A stretch of 64,000 bases of DNA from Prevotella sp. GTDB taxonomy: Bacteria > Bacteroidota > Bacteroidia > Bacteroidales > Bacteroidaceae. A model generated the notes under the pieces. The model was given only the letters and a program-made list of their open reading frames with translations. It ran no database searches and was not told the origin of the DNA. Shown piece by piece: positions 1 through 9,064 of the stretch. Every line of letters starts with the position of its first letter. Within the stretch, counting starts at the first letter, position 1. The DNA is taken from the NCBI GenBank assembly GCA_017554385.1, contig JAFZIL010000065.1:30162-94161 (forward strand). Direction: 5' to 3'. A program made the translations under genes and the position numbers.

Positions 1-3000
1 GGAAAAGCCAACTTCACGGTGAAAGACCTCAGTATTAGTGTTCCTTCTACAGTAGCCAAGACCACAATGCTTGTCAGTGGTACAGCACTTGGGAAATCGT
101 CTGTGGAGATTTACGACGATGGTATGCTGATAGGTAATACCACTTCGTTGGCAAATGGAACATGGGAAGCTACCTGCGAACTAAATAATCCATACAATCT
201 CTCAACGCATAATATTTATGCAAAAGTAACGACGAAGGCAGGATTGGAATTGGTTAGTGAGACAAAACAGGTGATGTATGATGTGAATATGATTGTACCA
301 GAAAAGGTGACGATGCTATATTATAACCCAGAATTTGTAGGCCAATATAATATTGTATTTGATCTCATTAATGGAACTGTCACACCTAAACATTATTATT
401 TCTTCCCATACAAGAGCTATCCCAACTGGTGGGGTTCTGGTACTGAACCAAAAGATTTTACTTTCATTGCTGATTTGTCGAACAATGACTCTACCGCTGT
501 TAGTGGAGTAACCATTCGTGTTTATACAGACAATGGCTATTGGCGTAATCTCGAAGCTCAATACAACACTTCTATGAACAGATGGGTTGCCGTTAGCCAA
601 TTTGTGGAAGAAGAAGCACCGGTAGGTGTAGATGTTGAAATCGAAGCCAATACAAATCCTGTAATTGATTTAGATGAGATGTTAGATTTAAAATCTAACA
701 TTGCTGCTTCAGCAGATGAAATAAAAAATATTATCATAGCAGTTGAAGGATTGGATTTAGAATTAGAACCAAACGAGTTTGACGAGGCTCTAAAGGCTAT
801 AGATGAGGATTATGAGACAGATTATGAGGATGTTCATTATTACGACAATCTTACCGATGAAGAGTTGAATTCGTTGTTGTCAGATCTTGACGACATAGAT
901 TACGATTCAGAAATGGCATCGTTTGAACAGTATCTGGACATTATAAGAACCCAATTTGCTAATGAAAAGTATTTCCAATGCTCTCTGGAGGATGGTTCTT
1001 TAATAAAAGTTGAAAGTTGTGAGGGTGTCAATACTGACAATCTTGAGGGAGAAGGTTTTACAATATATAAAACAACAGAAGGACTTATTTACGTACGTTC
1101 AAACGAGAATGGCACCGAATTCGTGGATATTTCTCAAGGAATTCATTATACCATAGTATATAATAATATTTATGGAGCTAGAAGAATAACAGCTGCAGAA
1201 TTCCAAGAAGGTCTTGACAAATTCAATGACCTAATGGAAAAGTTAAACGACTGTTACCAACCAATAGCAAAAGCATATGAGGAAACAGAGAGAATGTTGG
1301 GGTCATTCGTCCAAAAAGCATTAGACGCATTCAACAAGGCTAAGCAAGAAGTACCTCGTTGTTTGACAAGATACAACATGAAGAAAGCAATGCTTAGTAG
1401 ATTGGAGGCTGAACTAGCCAACACTAATTCTCTAAGTCTTGATTATGTTCTTAAAAAGGCTGAGGTTGATGCGTGCAAAGCTGAAGTAAAACAAGCAAAG
1501 GCATTATTAAACGCTGCCAAAAGATGCAGACTCCTTGCAGGTACAGCATACAATCTTATAAAACCTTTGAAGGGAGTGTTTACAAAAGCATTACCATTAG
1601 CAAAATATGCTGATGTTATCTACACAGGTGTATCTACTGTAAGGAAATTCCAAAAGGTTTATATAGCTGTACCTAGACCATGCAAAGATGATGAACCTGG
1701 TGCTGACAAAATTAGAGGTGATGTTATAGCAGCAGGTGTTGCCGCAGGTACTGCGATGCTATTCAAGGTGGGATTCCAAGCTTTGGCTGATTTGGCAACA
1801 GTCGGTCAGATAGCAGCCGCGCCTGAAACAGGTGGTGTTTCTGTGGTGACAGCAGTAGCTACTGTCGCTGCTAATATAGCTCTTAGTTTAGCTATTGATA
1901 AAGCATTTAGTTATTTCGTTGATTCAGAACTTAAGTATCTTGACAAGGAGATTAAGGAACTCAAGCCAAGGTGCAATGATAACAAATGCCCCAGATGTGG
2001 GAAGAATCCATGCGAATGTAAGGATAAGTGTCCAAGATGTGGGAATCGACCTTGCACTTGTCCTGACAAATGTCCATTCTGTGGGCAGAATCCTTGTGTA
2101 TGTCCTCGTCCCCACAACACTACAGATGTAGAACATGACCCCTCCGGCTATGTCTATGAGGGTGTTGCCAGCAACCGCCTGCAGGGCGTGAAGGCATCAT
2201 GCTACTACAAGGAGACCGTTGAGGATATGTATGGTGACCTGCATGAGAACGTCGTGCTGTGGGATGCTGAGGAGTATGCTCAGGAGAACCCGCTGTTCAC
2301 GGATGAATATGGTATGTACCGCTGGGATGTACCCAAGGGCCTGTGGCAGGTGAAGTTCGAGAAGGAAGGCTACCAGACCACCTACTCTGAGTGGTTGCCC
2401 GTGCCTCCCCCACAGCTTGAGGTGAACATCGGCATGACGCAGATGCTGCAGCCCTCCGTGAAGAGCGGTCTTGCTGACAGCAAGGGCGTGGAGGTGACCT
2501 TCGACAAGTATATGGATCCTGAAACGCTCACCACCGATAATATCATTGTGACAAAGAACGGAGAAAAGATTACCGACGGCACGATAGAGCTGCTCGACGA
2601 GGAGGTGGCCTACGAAGGCAAGACCGAAACCTTTGCCTCGAAGGTGCGCTTCAACGTAGCTGAGGGTGACGATAACCTCCTGCTCTCCACCGACGAGGTG
2701 ATGCTGACGGTGAAGAAAGCTGTGAAGAGCTATGCCGGCGTGCAGATGCAGGATGACTACACACAGAAGTTCGATGTGGAACCGCGTGTGGCAAGCATCG
2801 CTGTCGATGAACTCTTCAACATCGGCTATGGTGCTGAGCGCACCATAACCGTGGCAGCTCTGCCTACTGACGCTTCGAAGGGCAAGAAGATGAAGGTGCA
2901 GTCGCTCTCAACGATGATTGCTTCCGTAAGCAGCGAGGAGCTGATACTGGACGAGAACGGACAAGCCGAGCTGATCATCAGCGGTGAACTGCCCGGCTCT

Positions 3001-4458
3001 ACGGTTATCAACTTCCAAGTGGAAGATACCGACGTAGAGGGTCAGACCACCATTAACGTGAAGGATGCCACCAAGTTAGTTACTATCGCTCCGCGTGCTT
3101 CGCGTGTCAGCGGTACTCAGGTATATCGCGGCACAGAGATTCGCCTAACCTCTGAGACCGAAGGTGCTGAAATCTGGTACACGTTGGACGGTTCTTGTCC
3201 GTGCAACACGGAGACGGCACTGAAGTATAACCCTGACGAACCCATCATTATTGCTGGTGACAGCGTGAAGATTAAGGCGATAGCCATAGGACATGATTTG
3301 GCTGAGAGTGATGTCAGCGAGTTCTCCTATACACTAAAAACCACTGCATTAGGCTATCAGCTATCTGAAGGTTGGACATGGGTGTCGCACAATATCGAGG
3401 AGGGTGTGTCCACCACGGCCTTTGCTACCAATGCTGAGCGTATTGTGGGACAGACCAACGAGATGATCAAAGACCCAGTGTTCGGTCTTGTGGGTGGCCT
3501 ACAGACGATGCTGCCTACAGAGGCCTACAAGCTGAAGCTCTCGGCACAGACGAGCAATCGTCTGGAAGGCTATGAGTTCAATGCACGCGACAACCGAGTG
3601 CCCCTGCGTCAGGGTTGGAACTGGATTGGCTATCCTGTGAACCAGGCGATGACCCTCAGCGAGGCATTTGCTTATTTCGAGGCAAGTGAAGGTGATTATC
3701 TTGTTGGTCAGGACGGCTATGCAGAGTATGTCGATGGTAAGTGGCAGGGGACCTTGGAGGGTATGATACCTGGACAGGGATTCGTTTATAAGTCGGCGAC
3801 TACAACGGCTATTCCGTTCAATACGGCCATTGTGTCGACTGCGTCCAGCCGCATGGGTAAGCGTAACACCCTGAAAGGTAGTCCGTGGGCACCGGCAAAG
3901 AACCTCTACCCGAACGTGATGCCACTGACGGCTGAAGTCTACAATGATGGAGTAAAAGTATCTGAAGAAGACTTTGTTGTGGGAGCTTTTGCCGAATCGG
4001 AATGTCGCAGCGTGGGACAATGGAAAGATGGCCGACTGCTGATGACGGTCTATGGTGACCTAGGCGAGGACATCCGCTTCGTGGCGACTCAGACAGGAAG
4101 TGACCGATTCTTCGATATCACGGAACATGTGAACTTCACACCAGACAACATCGGAAATTGGCATAATCCCATACAGCTCACACTTGGCAGTGAGGTGACC
4201 GCAGTGAAAAAAGTCGTTGATGGCCAACTCAACGTGACACCGGCAGTGGCTCATGATCACATTACAGTAAGTGTCAGCGGGCGCAACATCGGCTACGTGT
4301 CACTGACTGCTATGAACGGACAGACCGTCATCTCAGTAAGTAATGTGGGTAAGTCGGCAACGATATCAACGAGCCAACTGCCTGCCGGCATTTATATCGT
4401 GACTGTACAGGCTGAAGGCCAAAGTTACTACAAAAAAATGCTGAAGACAAACAATTAA
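1..4458 (+). CDS. Large modular T9SS-secreted protein, 5'-truncated by the window edge: variable coiled-coil/hydrophobic region, Cys-rich repeats, carboxypeptidase-regulatory-like/Ig-like domains, FN3-associated (CHB_HEX_C-like) domain, GWNW module, T9SS CTD
   Basis: Frame is open from base 1. IWYTLDGS motif of FN3-associated domain; C-terminal ISTSQLPAGIYIV...KKML is a typical type A T9SS sorting domain. Confidence 0.8.
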   Translation, partial: GKANFTVKDLSISVPSTVAKTTMLVSGTALGKSSVEIYDDGMLIGNTTSLANGTWEATCELNNPYNLSTHNIYAKVTTKAGLELVSETKQVMYDVNMIVPEKVTMLYYNPEFVGQYNIVFDLINGTVTPKHYYFFPYKSYPNWWGSGTEPKDFTFIADLSNNDSTAVSGVTIRVYTDNGYWRNLEAQYNTSMNRWVAVSQFVEEEAPVGVDVEIEANTNPVIDLDEMLDLKSNIAASADEIKNIIIAVEGLDLELEPNEFDEALKAIDEDYETDYEDVHYYDNLTDEELNSLLSDLDDIDYDSEMASFEQYLDIIRTQFANEKYFQCSLEDGSLIKVESCEGVNTDNLEGEGFTIYKTTEGLIYVRSNENGTEFVDISQGIHYTIVYNNIYGARRITAAEFQEGLDKFNDLMEKLNDCYQPIAKAYEETERMLGSFVQKALDAFNKAKQEVPRCLTRYNMKKAMLSRLEAELANTNSLSLDYVLKKAEVDACKAEVKQAKALLNAAKRCRLLAGTAYNLIKPLKGVFTKALPLAKYADVIYTGVSTVRKFQKVYIAVPRPCKDDEPGADKIRGDVIAAGVAAGTAMLFKVGFQALADLATVGQIAAAPETGGVSVVTAVATVAANIALSLAIDKAFSYFVDSELKYLDKEIKELKPRCNDNKCPRCGKNPCECKDKCPRCGNRPCTCPDKCPFCGQNPCVCPRPHNTTDVEHDPSGYVYEGVASNRLQGVKASCYYKETVEDMYGDLHENVVLWDAEEYAQENPLFTDEYGMYRWDVPKGLWQVKFEKEGYQTTYSEWLPVPPPQLEVNIGMTQMLQPSVKSGLADSKGVEVTFDKYMDPETLTTDNIIVTKNGEKITDGTIELLDEEVAYEGKTETFASKVRFNVAEGDDNLLLSTDEVMLTVKKAVKSYAGVQMQDDYTQKFDVEPRVASIAVDELFNIGYGAERTITVAALPTDASKGKKMKVQSLSTMIASVSSEELILDENGQAELIISGELPGSTVINFQVEDTDVEGQTTINVKDATKLVTIAPRASRVSGTQVYRGTEIRLTSETEGAEIWYTLDGSCPCNTETALKYNPDEPIIIAGDSVKIKAIAIGHDLAESDVSEFSYTLKTTALGYQLSEGWTWVSHNIEEGVSTTAFATNAERIVGQTNEMIKDPVFGLVGGLQTMLPTEAYKLKLSAQTSNRLEGYEFNARDNRVPLRQGWNWIGYPVNQAMTLSEAFAYFEASEGDYLVGQDGYAEYVDGKWQGTLEGMIPGQGFVYKSATTTAIPFNTAIVSTASSRMGKRNTLKGSPWAPAKNLYPNVMPLTAEVYNDGVKVSEEDFVVGAFAESECRSVGQWKDGRLLMTVYGDLGEDIRFVATQTGSDRFFDITEHVNFTPDNIGNWHNPIQLTLGSEVTAVKKVVDGQLNVTPAVAHDHITVSVSGRNIGYVSLTAMNGQTVISVSNVGKSATISTSQLPAGIYIVTVQAEGQSYYKKMLKTNN

Positions 4459-4481
4459 TATCCAATCAGATACTACTATTT

Positions 4482-4521
4482 GCGGCAGCAGGTACACCTT
4501 CAATGGATGTAGCTGCTGCTG
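4482..4521 (+). terminator. Hairpin, probable terminator
   Basis: GCGGCAGCAG...CTGCTGCTGT inverted repeat just after the stop codon. Confidence 0.5.
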
Positions 4522-4626
4522 TGTTATTTCCGTTCAACCACCCTGTACTCAACTGGAGTTGGGCGAGGGCTGAAACAGAAACTATCTGGGCACTAGCCTT
4601 CCCTGTTGCACGGTAAGATTGCTATA

Positions 4627-4828
4627 TATCCGCTTATCCTACACCAAGTACTGAATACCAGTTAGTTACATATAAATTATCTGTATTTTATCCGCAATTA
4701 TCCTACACCAACAACTATTCTCATTTGGTTTGTGTGTTTTGGAGTCCTAACAGGGGCTGTTTGCCTTCGTACGAACTGTCCGAACTTTTGTCCGAACGGT
4801 TCGGACTTTTGTCCGGACGGTTCGGACT
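4627..4828. repeat. Intergenic repeat cluster
   Basis: Direct repeat TATCCGC..TTATCCTACACCAA at ~4627 and ~4689; nested GTCCGAAC/GTTCGGAC palindromic repeats at 4777-4828. Confidence 0.6.
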
Positions 4829-4868
4829 CCCTAAACACACCGATCCACAGAGCCGCGAAGATGCTTTC

Positions 4869-7613
4869 TTAGCTGCGGCTGACCTGCAGGCCTTTGGTGC
4901 TCAGCTGCATGTCGACGAAGCGGGCGTTGGGCAGGTGGTGCTCCTGCATGAGCAGCCGCTTGATGCGGGCAGCAGCCTCAGGGTCCTTGGCGACCATGTA
5001 GAGGAAGCCGCCACCACCGGCACCGGGCAACTTATAGCCGAGACAGAGATCGTCGACGAGACGCGTGAGACGCTCTACCTCGGGCGGGTTGGTGCCACTG
5101 TCGAGCTGTTGGTTCTGCTGCCACGTTACGCCGACGAGACGTCCCATCTGTTCGAAGTCCTGCCGCTGGATGGCCTCGTACATGGTCAGCGCATGACAGC
5201 GCATCTCGCCTAACAGGCGCAGCTGGTCGTGGTTGTTGAGGAACATGCGACGCACAATCTCGGCAAGGATCTGCTTGGCCGTACGGGTGATGCCGGTATA
5301 GTAGAGCAGATGACACTGGCGGTACTCAGGAGCAGTGAAGAGCGTGTCGGGCAACCATCGGACAAGGGGCTGCTGGGCAAAACCGCGCTGACTCTCAAGG
5401 AGCTTCACGCCACCGAGCAAACCTCCGAACTGGTCTTGCCAACCGCCTCCGGTGGTGAGCAGCTGTTCGAGCATGAGCGTGCGGCGTCCCAGCTCGTTCT
5501 TATCCCATCCGAGCATGCAGAAATCGTTCAGTGCGCCCAGCACGGTGGCGGCAAGGATGCTGCTGGTACCCATACCGCTGCCTGCGGGCACAGCCGAGAG
5601 GAGCGTCAGCTCGATGCCGCAGCCTAAATCATCGAGCTGCTGTTGGAGCGTGGCGTAGTGCTCATCGGCAAACTGGGGCAGGAATCCGGCAAGTGCGAGT
5701 GCGGCCTTGGGGATGGAGAACGGTGAGCCCACCTGGTTGTAGCAGGCAAGCTGTTCGTAGGTGGTGACCACCTCAGTGGCTCCGAGGTCGATGCTGCGCA
5801 GAGTGATACACTTTTTCTCGGAAGGCTTGACGTAGGTCTGCAACGGAGGTTGTCCGCCCAGCTCTACGGCAAGGTTGACCACTCGCCCACCCTCGTAGAG
5901 ACAGTAGGGAGGCGTGTCGGTCCAGCCGCCTGCAATATCGATACGCACGGGACTGCGTGCCCAGACGATCTGGTCGGAGTGGAGGGGGGAGGAGTTATGA
6001 GTTTTGAGGGAAGAGTTATGAGTTATGAGACTGCCGAGGAGTCCTTCGCGTAGCAGGCTGAAGGCGCTGCTGCTGTCGCCCCGCAGCATGGCATTGTGGA
6101 TGCGGGTGAGCATCGGGGCGCTGTCGGGGAGTGCTTCGGGCAGGTCAAGATGGTGGTGCTCATAGAGCCGCGCCACATCGTCGAGGTCAAGCTGATAGAA
6201 CACCGAGTGCTGCCAGTTGCGGGCAAGCATGGGAAGGTTCTGCGCACGGAAAGCCTCGCGCTGGGCAAAAAGACGGTCGAGCCGGGCCTGCGACGAGAGT
6301 TGTTCGGCGGATTTGTGAGGGTGGATGGTGGATAGTGGATGGTGGAGGGTGGAGGGTGGAAGGTGGAGCTCGTCGAGGGTGACCACGGGGAACTGTTCGC
6401 GCTGCTGTTCGTCGCCGTCGAAGCGGTCGTCGATATGGTAGCGGCGCAGGGCATACAGGTCATCGTCGATAGGCACCACGTCGATACACTCACCGGGCTG
6501 CAGGGCGATGTGCCAGTCGTTCTCAGGAACGCCGGTGATGATATGGTCGTTGGTGAGCTGCCAGTGAGGTCCCACGTAGCTGTTCTCAATCCAGATGTTG
6601 GTATTCTGGGCAGTGAAGGGAATCTTGGTGACGGCGTTCTGCACGAAGATGCTGGGGTGAGGCTTGCGGTCGTGGTGCATGATCTCGCGCTGGTCGCTCA
6701 CCACGTTCTGCAGGCGCAGGGTAGAAGCAATCATGTCGCGCGACGTACCGAAATGATAGAACTCGCCTCCCGTCAGCGGCAGAACGGCCACCGTGAGCTG
6801 TCGCAGTTCGGGATCGTCGAACTGCGGGTCGGTGCCCAGACAACGTCCGAAGTCGCTGTAGAGATCGTAGTAAGTGGGTGGATGGTGGAGGGAGGAGGGA
6901 TGGAGGCCGCTTCTTTCCATCAACAGCTTGACGGCACGGTCGCTGAGCAGCCACACGCCGATGTCGGTAAGGAAGAAATGGTCGCCCTGCAGGTCGTGCA
7001 GCTCGGCAACAGACGGCTTCTGGAGCATCTTCTTCAAGGTGCCGGGGGTGGTGCGGTCCATCAGGAACACACCATGATGGGTAGCTACGGAGGCATCGAG
7101 CCACAGGCCGTAGCACACGACGTCGGCCTCAGGCACAGGCGGCAGGGTCTGAGTGGTGCGAATGAACACGTCGCCACTGACCACCATCGTATGGAGTGAC
7201 GAGGGCGCCGACTGCATGATCTGCTCGTAGAGCGGAAGCTGCAGCGACAGCAGGTATTGTCCGATGCGCTGGCCCCGGCTCCAACGGAACACAGGAATGG
7301 GCATCAGCGCCTTGCCCGACGGGGCGTAGGCAGGCAGTCGACGGCTCTGCCCACCGGCATGCACCAGGATGCGCTTCTCGCCTTCGAGCCATTCGTCAAA
7401 CGACTGTTCGCCATCCTGCGCTCCAGATTCTTCATTTTCCCACGCCTGTTGCAACAGCCAGGCCGTGCCGCCTCCGCTGCCTACACGATGCCCTTCCGGG
7501 TCGCACGTGCAGTAATAGTCGGTGGTGGGAAGACCTGTTATCTCGTGGAAGACGGTGTTGCCGTTTGGTGTCTGTTTCACCAGGTTCGGTGGCAGCGAAA
7601 GTAGTTTCTTCAT
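4869..7613 (-). CDS. fkp: Bifunctional L-fucokinase / GDP-fucose pyrophosphorylase
   Basis: Start MKKLLSLPPN; GSGGGT and HAGGQSRRLP pyrophosphorylase motifs; GHMP kinase motifs RIDIAGGWTD, PAGSGMGTSS, GAGGGG. Confidence 0.95.
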   Translation of the reverse strand: MKKLLSLPPNLVKQTPNGNTVFHEITGLPTTDYYCTCDPEGHRVGSGGGTAWLLQQAWENEESGAQDGEQSFDEWLEGEKRILVHAGGQSRRLPAYAPSGKALMPIPVFRWSRGQRIGQYLLSLQLPLYEQIMQSAPSSLHTMVVSGDVFIRTTQTLPPVPEADVVCYGLWLDASVATHHGVFLMDRTTPGTLKKMLQKPSVAELHDLQGDHFFLTDIGVWLLSDRAVKLLMERSGLHPSSLHHPPTYYDLYSDFGRCLGTDPQFDDPELRQLTVAVLPLTGGEFYHFGTSRDMIASTLRLQNVVSDQREIMHHDRKPHPSIFVQNAVTKIPFTAQNTNIWIENSYVGPHWQLTNDHIITGVPENDWHIALQPGECIDVVPIDDDLYALRRYHIDDRFDGDEQQREQFPVVTLDELHLPPSTLHHPLSTIHPHKSAEQLSSQARLDRLFAQREAFRAQNLPMLARNWQHSVFYQLDLDDVARLYEHHHLDLPEALPDSAPMLTRIHNAMLRGDSSSAFSLLREGLLGSLITHNSSLKTHNSSPLHSDQIVWARSPVRIDIAGGWTDTPPYCLYEGGRVVNLAVELGGQPPLQTYVKPSEKKCITLRSIDLGATEVVTTYEQLACYNQVGSPFSIPKAALALAGFLPQFADEHYATLQQQLDDLGCGIELTLLSAVPAGSGMGTSSILAATVLGALNDFCMLGWDKNELGRRTLMLEQLLTTGGGWQDQFGGLLGGVKLLESQRGFAQQPLVRWLPDTLFTAPEYRQCHLLYYTGITRTAKQILAEIVRRMFLNNHDQLRLLGEMRCHALTMYEAIQRQDFEQMGRLVGVTWQQNQQLDSGTNPPEVERLTRLVDDLCLGYKLPGAGGGGFLYMVAKDPEAAARIKRLLMQEHHLPNARFVDMQLSTKGLQVSRS

Positions 7614-7637
7614 GCTTCTGGATACTTTTTTATGGCG

Positions 7638-7695
7638 CAAAGTTAATAAAATCTGATTAAAATGCGCCATTTATGAAGATTTTATTGTAAATTTG
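7638..7695. promoter_or_regulatory. Divergent Bacteroidetes -7 promoter elements for fkp and fucP
   Basis: TAACTTTG on - strand (7638-7645) and TAAATTTG on + strand (7688-7695) match TAnnTTTG. Confidence 0.65.
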
Positions 7696-7729
7696 CGACG
7701 TAAAAAGCGACACCTAACGAACAAAGGAC

Positions 7730-9064
7730 ATGAAATTCAAGTTTAACGCGACTGAAATACTGACGAAAGACGGGGTGAGCTTCGTCGTTCCATTCATACT
7801 AATCACGGCATGTTTCGCGCTGTGGGGCTTTGCCAACGACATGACGGGTCCCATTGTGAAGGCCTTCTCGAAAATCTTCCGCATGAGTGCCACTGAAGGC
7901 TCGCTCGTGCAGGTGGCCTTCTATTTAGGCTACTTCGTCATGGCTTTCCCCGCTGCCATCTTTATCCAGCGCTACTCCTTTAAGAAAGGTGTGATGATGG
8001 GACTTTCGCTCTTCGCCATCGGTTCGCTGATGTTCCTTCCAGCCAAGATGCTGGGCTTCTACTATCCGTTCCTGCTGGCCTACTTCATCCTGACGTGCGG
8101 TCTGTCGTTCCTTGAGACATCGTGTAATCCCTATATCTACTGCATGGGCTCGGAAGAGACGGCCACACAACGTCTGAACCTGGCGCAGGCCTTCAACCCC
8201 ATCGGTGCGCTGCTGGGTATGTATATGGTGATGGAGCTGGTGCAGAAGAAGATGAGCCCTATGAGCTCGGAGCAGCGTTTCGAACTGAACGACATGCAGT
8301 TCAACCTGCTGAAAGACCACGACCTGAGTGCGCTCATCGGGCCTTACTTGGGGCTGGGCGTCTTCACCATACTCCTGCTGGTACTTATCAGGCTGACGAA
8401 GATGCCCACAAGCAGCGACACCGCTTCGGACAAGGACATCCTGACGGCCATGAAGCAGCTGATGAAGATCAGCAACTACCGCAACGGTGTCATTGCCCAG
8501 TTCTTCTACGTGGGTGCCCAGGTGACGTGCTGGACCTTCATTATTCAATATGGTACGCATGTGTTCCAGGCAGAGGGCATGGAGGAGAAAGCCGCCGAGA
8601 TACTGTCGCAGAAATACAATATCGGTGCGATGGCTCTGTTTACGGTTTTCCGCTTCATCTGTACGTGGTTCCTGAAATACGTACAGCCGGGACGCCTGCT
8701 CTCTATCCTGGCTATCGTGGCTATCTCGTTCACTGCCGGAGCCATCATGTTCCCCGACCGCAACGGCCTCTACTGCTTGGTATGCGTGTCGGCCTGCATG
8801 TCGCTCATGTTCCCCACCATCTACGGCATTGCCCTTCGTGGCGTTGGCGACAACGTGAAGTTTGCCGGTGCCGGACTGATCATGTCGGTGCTGGGCGGTT
8901 CGCTCATACCGTTGCTGCAGGCCATGATTATCGACTCGAAGGTGGAACTGCTCGGTTTGTCGTCGACAAACGTCTCGTTCATCATTCCTCTGATGTGCTT
9001 CGTCGTAGTGACCTGGTACGGACACAGAGCCTACGTCAAGCACCACATCCTGCACGAACTGTAA
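7730..9064 (+). CDS. fucP: L-fucose:H+ symporter (MFS, FucP family)
   Basis: FALWGFAND, LETSCNPY, RLNLAQAFNP and SLMFPTIY motifs; divergent from fkp. Confidence 0.9.
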   Translation: MKFKFNATEILTKDGVSFVVPFILITACFALWGFANDMTGPIVKAFSKIFRMSATEGSLVQVAFYLGYFVMAFPAAIFIQRYSFKKGVMMGLSLFAIGSLMFLPAKMLGFYYPFLLAYFILTCGLSFLETSCNPYIYCMGSEETATQRLNLAQAFNPIGALLGMYMVMELVQKKMSPMSSEQRFELNDMQFNLLKDHDLSALIGPYLGLGVFTILLLVLIRLTKMPTSSDTASDKDILTAMKQLMKISNYRNGVIAQFFYVGAQVTCWTFIIQYGTHVFQAEGMEEKAAEILSQKYNIGAMALFTVFRFICTWFLKYVQPGRLLSILAIVAISFTAGAIMFPDRNGLYCLVCVSACMSLMFPTIYGIALRGVGDNVKFAGAGLIMSVLGGSLIPLLQAMIIDSKVELLGLSSTNVSFIIPLMCFVVVTWYGHRAYVKHHILHEL

